A stretch of 64,000 nt of DNA from Candidatus Latescibacterota bacterium (GTDB lineage: Bacteria; Latescibacterota; UBA2968; UBA8231). The position numbers and the translations under genes were made by a program. Every line of letters starts with the position of its first letter. The first letter of the stretch is position 1. The stretch covers positions 2,816,001-2,880,000 of the forward strand of contig OY730476.1 of NCBI GenBank assembly GCA_963422735.1, read 5' to 3'. This document shows, one piece after another, positions 30,352 to 38,229 of this stretch. Below the pieces are notes generated by a model that did not search any database, was not told the DNA's origin, and saw only the letters and a list, made by a program, of their open reading frames with translations.

Positions 30352-30609
30352 TCAATCCGCCATCCGCTTGCCGACGACGTATTCAGCCAGCGCATTCACC
30401 GAGCCAAACAGTTCGACGGTCAGTTCGTCGTCTTTGACCGCGATGCCGAAGGCCTCCTCAATGGCGGCGACGATCTCTAAGGTGGCCATCGAATCGAGCT
30501 CCATACCCCCAAACAGGGCCTCGTCGTCGGGGATCTCCGCCGGGTCCACGTCCAATCCAAGGGCAGCGACGATCAGGCCCTTGATCTGCGCTTTTAATTG
30601 CTCGGACAC
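30352..30609 (-). CDS. Acyl carrier protein
   Basis: 85 aa, acidic; LFGGMELDSMATLEIVAAIEEAFGI with phosphopantetheine Ser. Confidence 0.9.
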   Translation of the reverse strand: MSEQLKAQIKGLIVAALGLDVDPAEIPDDEALFGGMELDSMATLEIVAAIEEAFGIAVKDDELTVELFGSVNALAEYVVGKRMAD

Positions 30610-32486
30610 GATGCAGACTCCTCGGCAAAATGGTTGACCACCGTATCCACCATCCGCTGTTGGCCTTCCTCTGACAAAATCGACACCGCCGGCAAGCTAA
30701 AACGATCTTCAAGCCGATTTAGGATACGGGCGATTTCTTCCGCGGTCATCGAATCCGCCTTGACGAAAGTGCGGCCGTAAGCAGCGCGGATGTACTTTTT
30801 TTGGTCGCTCATCGCCAAAAGCAGGGTCGGTGCTTTGGCAAGGGCGCGCAGGCTGTTGATGGTGTCTTGGATATACTCGTCGGCGTCAATGCTGTTGACT
30901 ACGAGGATACACGCATCCGGCTTGGTGCCCAGCAGAAAGGCCGTCGAGGTCAAAGAATGGGTGCGGTGTTCATGCACATCGTAGGGAATAGTGCCCGACT
31001 GCGAGCCGACCACGATGAGATCGGGCTGCTTCTGCTGGCTGAGTTGCCGCAGTTTGTAATCCAGATAGGGGACGTAGTATTGCAACGGCAGCGACACATT
31101 AGGGGCGTATCCCATAGGGAAGGCCCCGTCCATGCCAAACAGTGCCGCATGGTGCTCGGTGCCGATCTGACCGACTCTGTAACCGAGGTGCAAAAGGTGG
31201 CGGCGCAGGATCAGTTGCAAGGTGAACTTGCCCTGTTGGGCACTCGTGCCAAACACGCCCAACACTGGCACATCAACCGGACCATAGGCCGGCTCGGCTT
31301 GGAGGGCTTGCTGCACGTCGTCGGACGCGACCGAGGGATACGTCAGATGTAGCCCCTTCTTCCGGGCAAGATCGTATAGGTCGCCATACTCGTCTTGGGG
31401 CACGGCGAGGAAACTGAAAACATGGCAGTTGTGCTCCAAGGCGGTCTCAATGGATGTACGCAGCACGTCTTGCTTGCCAATCCGCCCTAACTGATCGACA
31501 TAGCCAAGGATGAGCGTATCCGCTTCCTCAAGGACCGAAGCGAGCCGAGGCCGAATGCGTACCCCGATGGCGGGTAGGCCAAGTACCGTGCCCGCATCTT
31601 GGCCTACCAGCCCCTTGCCCACCGGATCGGCAATACCCGCAATCTCAAAGGCGAGCAAATCTCGCGCCCGGACCAGCGCATGCATTTCCTTGTTGAACGG
31701 GTAGAGTGCCGCCTTCTGAATCCAAGTGAAGTCCGAGGATGGAGCGCAAGGAAGAGACACAGTCGTCGGACGCGGGCGCTCACGCTGGATTAGTTCCGGC
31801 GTCCCTTCTAGTGCGTTGGCCTGCAACAAATCGCGCACCTGTTCCAGCGGCGCACCCGGATGCGCTTGGCGAATCATGGCGACCACGCCAGTGACGTGCG
31901 GCGCGGCGAAGCTAGTGCCCGACATCATCAGATACGGCGGATCACTCCAGCAAACCCGTTGGGCATCGCCACGGGCGACGCATTCGATCTCGTGCCCCGG
32001 ACGGTAGTAATACCCATAGCGGCCCCGCACCTTGCCTCCCGCAACGCCGATGACGTCCGGCAAGACCGCCGGATAACTTTCGCGCCCGTCGTTGTGTTCG
32101 GCCGCTACCAGAATGACGCCGGCTTCGCGAGCTTGGCGACAGACATCGGCGAGCCCGTCGCGGAAAGCAACATCCGTCGTGCCCAAGCTGAGGTTGACCA
32201 CATCCATCCGCTGCTCAATCGCCCAGCGGATCGCCGCGAGGAGAAAGGGAGGGTCGGCCGTTAGGGATTCATCGAAGAGGCGAACATCGTACAAAGTTGC
32301 GGTCGGCGCGATCTGGAGAATAATGCCCGCGCAAGCCGTGCCGTGACCCGCACCAACCGCCGCTTGCCGAGGCACCGAATCGAGGCACACCTCGTGAACC
32401 GCGCCGATCTTTTCGTGTGTCGAGTCAATACCCGAGTCGATGATCGCGACGCGGACGGGATGATCAGATTGATTCGTCAAGAGCAT
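30594..32486 (-). CDS. S8 subtilase fused to DUF1611/TIGR04066-like P-loop domain
   Basis: Triad IIDSGID / GHGTACAG / SGTSFAAPHV; no signal peptide; C-half KAALYPFNKE...GLVGQDAG, PVLGVFGTSAQQGKFTLQL, GYRVGQIGTE, PDLIVVGSQSG. Confidence 0.8.
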   Translation of the reverse strand: MLLTNQSDHPVRVAIIDSGIDSTHEKIGAVHEVCLDSVPRQAAVGAGHGTACAGIILQIAPTATLYDVRLFDESLTADPPFLLAAIRWAIEQRMDVVNLSLGTTDVAFRDGLADVCRQAREAGVILVAAEHNDGRESYPAVLPDVIGVAGGKVRGRYGYYYRPGHEIECVARGDAQRVCWSDPPYLMMSGTSFAAPHVTGVVAMIRQAHPGAPLEQVRDLLQANALEGTPELIQRERPRPTTVSLPCAPSSDFTWIQKAALYPFNKEMHALVRARDLLAFEIAGIADPVGKGLVGQDAGTVLGLPAIGVRIRPRLASVLEEADTLILGYVDQLGRIGKQDVLRTSIETALEHNCHVFSFLAVPQDEYGDLYDLARKKGLHLTYPSVASDDVQQALQAEPAYGPVDVPVLGVFGTSAQQGKFTLQLILRRHLLHLGYRVGQIGTEHHAALFGMDGAFPMGYAPNVSLPLQYYVPYLDYKLRQLSQQKQPDLIVVGSQSGTIPYDVHEHRTHSLTSTAFLLGTKPDACILVVNSIDADEYIQDTINSLRALAKAPTLLLAMSDQKKYIRAAYGRTFVKADSMTAEEIARILNRLEDRFSLPAVSILSEEGQQRMVDTVVNHFAEESASCPSN

Positions 32487-32527
32487 CTTTTTGGTATGCG
32501 TGACGCAGGCCACATTCAGGGTTACTA

Positions 32528-33393
32528 CTACTCTCGGTTAAAGTAGAAGGTTAATTCTGGCTTTTGGCGGGCGCGTATGGCAATCGTTGAATCCATGCCA
32601 ATCGCCGTCGCTAAGTCCGCTCTGGCCAACGCCGTTTCACCGCGCCAGCGCGAATGCGGGCTCTATAATACCACGCAACACCGGTTTCGTCGTCGAGGGA
32701 TACCGCCCGATTCAGCGCGTCAATTCCTTCGTCTAGTCGGCCTGTACCGATAAAGAGCATGCTGCGCTTGATCCACGACGCGAGGTGATCCGGGTCGTGC
32801 TGCAACGCGGCCGCAAGGGCCGCTTCAGCAGCCTCATAATCCTTTTCTTGCATGTGGAGCGAACCAATACGTCCCCAGAAATGCGCCAAATGGGCGTCCG
32901 TGGAATCGGCGACCAAGCAGGTTTTGTAAACCTGTACGGCTTCCTCTACATGTCGTAGATCGCGTAGAAGATCGCCCGTTCGCTGGCATAATCCCACGTT
33001 TTTGGGGTCTAAGCGGAACGCCGCAGAATAAAATGCTAGTGCTTGAACTGAATCCTTCATGGCCAGACAGGCATCGCCCTTGCTCTTCCACAGCCAAGGA
33101 TCGTTTTCGTCATATCGCAGAGCCGTATTCAGCGCGTCGAGCGCACGGCGGGGATCCTCCAGCGATAGGTAACCCTTTGCAAGTGCTTTCCAAGTGCGCA
33201 ACGAATCACCTTCTAAAGCAAGCACTTGTTCATAAGCGCGAAGGGCCATCCGGTATTCACGATTCGCCATAAGTCGGTCTCCGTGTTGCAAGTAGGTATC
33301 TCCATCCGATAGATCATACCTTACTATTATGTACAACAGTGAAAGAATAGTTATGGCATTGATCACCACAGTAGAGACGATCCAGTTTTTCAC
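32528..33393 (-). CDS. Membrane-anchored TPR protein (1-nt frameshift near 32645)
   Basis: N-terminal TM, then TPRs; the track ORF stops at 32611 but the adjacent frame continues RGETALARADLATAIGMDS...NRE, ending in TAG TAG TAA. Confidence 0.7.
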
Positions 33394-34133
33394 AACACAG
33401 GATTCAACCTATAAACGCTAGATGAGAAGACCACTTCTGCTACTATATTGGCAACGCCGTGTAGCACAACACAGGATCCAATTGAACGAGATCGTTCATA
33501 GTACATAACAAGCACGAGACCCAGTCCTAAATGGGGTAAGAGTGCTAAAATCTTCCCTTCCATGTTGTAGTGACATAATGCAAACAGTACGACATTTGCC
33601 ACAACAGCCCATACAAAAGGCAAATGCCTTTTGAGATAGGGATACAGAAGACCTCTAAATAGCCATTCCTCTACTAAGGGAATGACGATGACACCCTGTA
33701 ATACTCTTATAATTGATAAATCGATTAGGTGCATCACCGGAGGGATATAACCGGCCGATCTAGATAGATTCGCTGGAACCGTAATCAACACGACTAGGAG
33801 AACAGCCAGCCAGACCCCCGTACCCATACCATATAGAGATAGCTTGATTTGCTTAGGCACGGTTCCTACCATGAGATGATAACAGGTAAGCATCAAAACC
33901 ATAGCGGCCGCATGGGAACCAAAAAGGTAGATCGTGACGACTTTCATATCCCGCAACAGCAAGGATTCCTCAGCCCAGTTATCGACATAAGTGTTCCTGA
34001 GTGCAACAAAAAAGAATAAAGTGGCGAACTGTAGGACGACCAAGATGAGGTTCCATGGACACTCCCATTCTTGCTTTCGCATGGTGTCCCAAGTGTTGAG
34101 CACGGTTCTATAGACTGATCTCATGGTATGCAC
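33390..34133 (-). CDS. CPBP (CAAX/Abi) intramembrane glutamic protease
   Basis: PLVEEWLFRG, FALCH, HGVAN. Confidence 0.85.
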   Translation of the reverse strand: MHTMRSVYRTVLNTWDTMRKQEWECPWNLILVVLQFATLFFFVALRNTYVDNWAEESLLLRDMKVVTIYLFGSHAAAMVLMLTCYHLMVGTVPKQIKLSLYGMGTGVWLAVLLVVLITVPANLSRSAGYIPPVMHLIDLSIIRVLQGVIVIPLVEEWLFRGLLYPYLKRHLPFVWAVVANVVLFALCHYNMEGKILALLPHLGLGLVLVMYYERSRSIGSCVVLHGVANIVAEVVFSSSVYRLNPVL

Positions 34134-34196
34134 AACACACTCTAAGTACTGACAGGATCCCCTATTTATAAGGATCCTTATGATCCTGACAGATGC

Positions 34197-34481
34197 TCAA
34201 TCCTTGCCTTTGCGCCCTGTTTGCGCTTGCAATAAAGGTGCGCCTCCCAAGGCTTCCTGTTCGAGCGAAATGTTCGGATCGATGAACCATTCGACCGGCT
34301 GGCCATACAGATCGGCAAGACGGATCAGCTCTGGCGTGAAGACGGGCCGCTCACCTGATTCAATGCGGCTGATCGTGGATTGGTCGCGACCGAGCTTCGC
34401 ATAGGCGGTCTCTTGGCTGATCTGCCGGCGTTTGCGTACAAAGCGCAATCGCCGACCGATCTCTTCGGGGGTTATGGGCAT
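34197..34481 (-). CDS. XRE-family HTH regulator
   Basis: IGRRLRFVRKRRQISQE...DQSTISRIESGER...LADLYG. Confidence 0.85.
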   Translation of the reverse strand: MPITPEEIGRRLRFVRKRRQISQETAYAKLGRDQSTISRIESGERPVFTPELIRLADLYGQPVEWFIDPNISLEQEALGGAPLLQAQTGRKGKD

Positions 34482-34562
34482 AATAGATGCTCCGGGCATT
34501 GGATGTGGAAGGTATGGCATGGCCAAAATAGCGAAGGCTCGTTTTATGGAAGAAGGCTGAGT

Positions 34563-35474
34563 TCAGGGGCCTAGACCTCCAGCGAGGATGTCAGTTGCGA
34601 GGTAAATGAGGGCGTTTGTGCATCCATGAACGGCGGTGCATACGATCAGAGATCGCGTCCGTTCGTAAATAAGAGCCAAGGCTACACCTACTATAAAGGC
34701 AGGCACTAGTCTTGCCGGATCTAGGTGAACCAAGGCGAAAATCAACGAAGAGATCAATGTAGCCTTGAGCAAGCTAGTCTGCTGACGTAGAGCAGAAAAG
34801 AAAAGCCGGCGAAAAATGAGCTCTTCGACAAAAGGAAGTAAGATGATTAAAGATAGAACGTGTAAAACTATAAGCGTCGCAGGATAATCAAGTACGAAGG
34901 TTCGTTCTATCCTACTAGGGTGCAACAAATATAGATAGCTAATCCATACTGGACTGAGCATTAAAGACCAGAATACATAGAGCCGATCTCTAGGACGATT
35001 TACATACCGCCACTGATAGTAAACGGCGATAGGCTCAATACTGCTGTGTTTCTTGATAGCAATCCTAATCACAACAATAGCACCTATCCCCATTCCCACA
35101 GACCTTGAAGCTCTCATACCAGAATCAAAATCAAATTGGGCTATATTTATTGCAATAATTAGAATACAAAATACAACTATATACAAAGACGCACCCTTAA
35201 AATTGTGAGTGAATATGTAGGGCAGAATTACCAAATAGAACAAGGCTCCCAATAGAGTGCTTATAGTAATCTGATATTCTCGATATAGATCAAATCTATC
35301 TGTTGAGTAGTTCGTATCTACACCCATCTGATGTACGATAGACTCAAACAGTACTGCAGCCATACCAGTTGTGTGTCTGACCAGTAGGCCGGTTAGACAT
35401 CCGATCACGACGATACGGGTTATGGTCATAGAATTACCCAAAGCGGAACAAGTGTTGGTGTTGCCAAACTTCAA
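34563..35474 (-). CDS. CPBP (CAAX/Abi) intramembrane glutamic protease
   Basis: PFVEELIFRR, FALVH, HGCTN; many TM helices; start may be 35429. Confidence 0.85.
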   Translation of the reverse strand: MKFGNTNTCSALGNSMTITRIVVIGCLTGLLVRHTTGMAAVLFESIVHQMGVDTNYSTDRFDLYREYQITISTLLGALFYLVILPYIFTHNFKGASLYIVVFCILIIAINIAQFDFDSGMRASRSVGMGIGAIVVIRIAIKKHSSIEPIAVYYQWRYVNRPRDRLYVFWSLMLSPVWISYLYLLHPSRIERTFVLDYPATLIVLHVLSLIILLPFVEELIFRRLFFSALRQQTSLLKATLISSLIFALVHLDPARLVPAFIVGVALALIYERTRSLIVCTAVHGCTNALIYLATDILAGGLGP

Positions 35475-35492
35475 AAATTCTTCCCAGATGTA

Positions 35493-35522
35493 TAGGGCTG
35501 AGGCCTTGAGGCCTCAGCCCTA
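35493..35522 (-). terminator. Perfect hairpin 3' of the precursor gene (stabiliser or attenuator)
   Basis: TAGGGCTGAGGCCT-TG-AGGCCTCAGCCCTA; no U tract on the coding strand. Confidence 0.65.
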
Positions 35523-35538
35523 ACGTTAGTCCCGACCC

Positions 35539-35949
35539 CTAATAACTTCCAGCCTGAGCGTTGTTGTGGTCGTCTGCATATGGGTCATTACAGGTGCCCC
35601 CATAATACCCACCATTATTACTGCCACTCGGAGGTATAGACCCTGCCGAACTCGAACCGCTGTTCTCCGTAGCCCAATCCCAAACATCTTCTGCGGCATC
35701 CGCTATGGCATTCCCCGCTTCCTCTAACGCGTGGGTAATCTGTTCCTCTGCTTCGGAGGCCCATACGACTAGGGCAACACCAGCACCAACGACTGGATTT
35801 GCAGTGGCTGCGGTAGCCGCAGCACCAATTGCCGCAACCGTACATCCGTGTTTCACGTCGTGCAAGTCGAGTCCGTCCTTTTCGTTGTGACAAGCCTCTA
35901 TGGCTTTAGTATCGTAAACCCTCCGAGGGGGTTTGCAGAGAATCTGCAT
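35539..35949 (-). CDS. Putative bacteriocin/RiPP precursor (136 aa)
   Basis: GGAGG RBS; leader-like N-terminus ending KAIEA-C; Ala/Gly/Val hydrophobic core; Ser/Gly/Asn-rich tail; sits between the ABC exporter and CPBP genes. Confidence 0.7.
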   Translation of the reverse strand: MQILCKPPRRVYDTKAIEACHNEKDGLDLHDVKHGCTVAAIGAAATAATANPVVGAGVALVVWASEAEEQITHALEEAGNAIADAAEDVWDWATENSGSSSAGSIPPSGSNNGGYYGGTCNDPYADDHNNAQAGSY

Positions 35950-36125
35950 GTGTTTCCTCCGTTTTAATGGGTGGTTTTTATTAAACTTGTGAAGATACGG
36001 TGCTATGCATTGTACGACTCACTCCTTTCTCCTATGGGGCTGCATAGCTGTGTACCCCGCTGTGTACGTGTGCATCGGATTATGCCTCGCAAGCATCCTC
36101 CTGATGAACGCCTTGCGAAAACCCT

Positions 36126-37841
36126 TCATATCCGCGCCATTTTGTCAAACAACGCGGCATAAGCTCCGCCGGTGTTCAGCAGCCAATCGTGGGTCCCTTG
36201 TTCGGCTACGCTTCCGCTTTCCAATACGACGATCTGATCGGCCGCTCGAATGGTTGACAGACGATGGGCAACGATGATCGTGGTGCGCCCTTCCTGCACC
36301 GTCTTGAGTGCCTCGTGAATGTGGTATTCCGACTCCGCATCCAAGGCCGAAGTCGGTTCGTCCAAAATCAGAATGGGCGTATCCATCAACAGAACGCGTG
36401 CCAGCGCAATGCGCTGCCTTTGTCCCTCGGAAAACTTGACGCCCTGTTCTCCAACTAGGGTATCGTATCCCTGGGGCAGAGTAGTTATAAAGTCATGGAT
36501 ATAAGCAGCACGGGCAGCGTCCTCTATCGTCCTAAGAGGAATATCCTGATTAAACGCCAAGTTCTCTTTAATGCTGCCCTGAAACAGAGTACTTCCCTGT
36601 AAGGCAAAGCCGATCTGCCGCCGCAGCGACGGCAAGCGAAACGCCCGGATGTCCTGCCCGTCAATGGCGACACTGCCTTCTGTCGGGTCATAAAATCGGG
36701 GGACCAACTTGGCCAACGTCGATTTTCCTGACCCGCTTCTGCCTACTAAGGCTGTCGTCGTACCCGCTTCGATAACCAAATTGATCCGCCGCAAGACCGG
36801 GTGCTGGCCATCGTAGGATAAACTCAGTTCATTGAATTCAACTTGACCCGCCGTAATCGTGAGTGGCGGTGCTTTGGGATCATCTTGGATGGCCGGACGT
36901 ATGTGGTAGATTTCAAAAAAGCGGTTGATATGCACCAGAGTCAGTTCAATACTGCGAATGAGCTCGATTAAATTCTTGATCGGCCCATAGAGAAAACCCA
37001 CGTACGCCGTGAAGGCCATAAAACTACCCAAGGACAAATTCCCCGAAAGAATCTGTGCCCAACCGTACCAGCTATAGGCCAAGGTCCCGCTCGTATTAAT
37101 GAGCCCTCCAACAAACCCCGATCCACCCGAAAATAGAGCCGACCGGACGCGAAGGTTGGCGAGGACAGTGAAGAGGCCCTCCAGTTTCTCGTAAAACCTC
37201 GCTTCCAATCCTAGCGCCTGCACGGTCCGAATACCGTTGAGCGACTCATAGTTCTTCGCCGATAGCTCAGCGGAACGCTCCGCGATTTTCTCGGAGAAAC
37301 GGCGCATATACTTGCGGGTAATAACCACAAGCAATGTATCGAAAGGCAAAACAGCTATACTGATAAGTGCTAACTTCCAGTTGATGTAGAATAGAATCGG
37401 CGGGAAGATCAGTAGCTGAAGGGAGTTCATAATGAAGGTGTTTATGATGCGGATTACGCTGCTAATAGAACTCCTCATATCCCTGAAACGCGAGAGGATT
37501 TCCCCGGTCTCTTTCTGATCGAAAAAACTAAAATCGAGCGACCGTACATGTCGATAGAAAAGAGATTGGAAATCGAAACCAAGACGTACACCCACGCATT
37601 GGCCAAAATAGCTACTAAGGAAACTCACGCCTCCCAATCCTGTGGAAACAGCGGCCCCAAGCAGCAGAGCAAACGCTAGTAAATTCCAATCTTTATGAGG
37701 ATACACATCGTCAATGAGTATTTTTGTGAAATACGGTCCTGGTATCTGCAACAACAAGACCAAGACACCGACTAGTAGAGACTGAGCGATATAGCGCCAG
37801 TACGGTCGCAAAAGCCGTATGATCTGTATAATTTCATTCAT
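36126..37841 (-). CDS. ABC exporter, TMD+NBD, no C39 peptidase domain
   Basis: GRSGSGKST, FSEGQRQR, LILDEPTSALD, VAHRLST. Confidence 0.92.
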   Translation of the reverse strand: MNEIIQIIRLLRPYWRYIAQSLLVGVLVLLLQIPGPYFTKILIDDVYPHKDWNLLAFALLLGAAVSTGLGGVSFLSSYFGQCVGVRLGFDFQSLFYRHVRSLDFSFFDQKETGEILSRFRDMRSSISSVIRIINTFIMNSLQLLIFPPILFYINWKLALISIAVLPFDTLLVVITRKYMRRFSEKIAERSAELSAKNYESLNGIRTVQALGLEARFYEKLEGLFTVLANLRVRSALFSGGSGFVGGLINTSGTLAYSWYGWAQILSGNLSLGSFMAFTAYVGFLYGPIKNLIELIRSIELTLVHINRFFEIYHIRPAIQDDPKAPPLTITAGQVEFNELSLSYDGQHPVLRRINLVIEAGTTTALVGRSGSGKSTLAKLVPRFYDPTEGSVAIDGQDIRAFRLPSLRRQIGFALQGSTLFQGSIKENLAFNQDIPLRTIEDAARAAYIHDFITTLPQGYDTLVGEQGVKFSEGQRQRIALARVLLMDTPILILDEPTSALDAESEYHIHEALKTVQEGRTTIIVAHRLSTIRAADQIVVLESGSVAEQGTHDWLLNTGGAYAALFDKMARI

Positions 37842-38229
37842 CTGTTGCTTTTCGGCCCGACCCCTCCATCTCTGGATCGCGCTGTAAGTTCGCCTACCTT
37901 TTTCTCATCAAAGTAGCTAAAGCTCAAGCCACTCAGATGTTGATATAGGCCATAACCAACTCCGATACCTACACGCATACTGAGATTGTGGTCAAAATAG
38001 CCGCGCAAATGGCTGACCAATCCCGTCATTACTGCTACGCCGGCATTGAAAACGAGGACGAATTCCAGCAGGCTAACACTCTTGGATGGGTAAACATTGT
38101 CGATAAGAATTTTCGTGACGTAGGGTGGTATCAAGGCAATCAGTGCTAAAAGGCCACTCACGGCTACAGATTTCATCATCAACCCTCGATGAGCCCGTAT
38201 CAGTGCCATTCCCCTAAGGTACTCGTCAT
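37838..38229 (-). pseudogene. Internally deleted second ABC exporter half
   Basis: PPYVTKILIDNVYP and LSFSYFDEKKVGELTARSRD parallel PYFTKILIDDVYP and LDFSFFDQKETGEILSRFRD of the next gene; ends after ~130 aa. Confidence 0.7.

Noticed and set aside
34150-34192. Repeated GATCC/CTGACAG words after the XRE gene as an operator
   Set aside because: Too short and irregular to support
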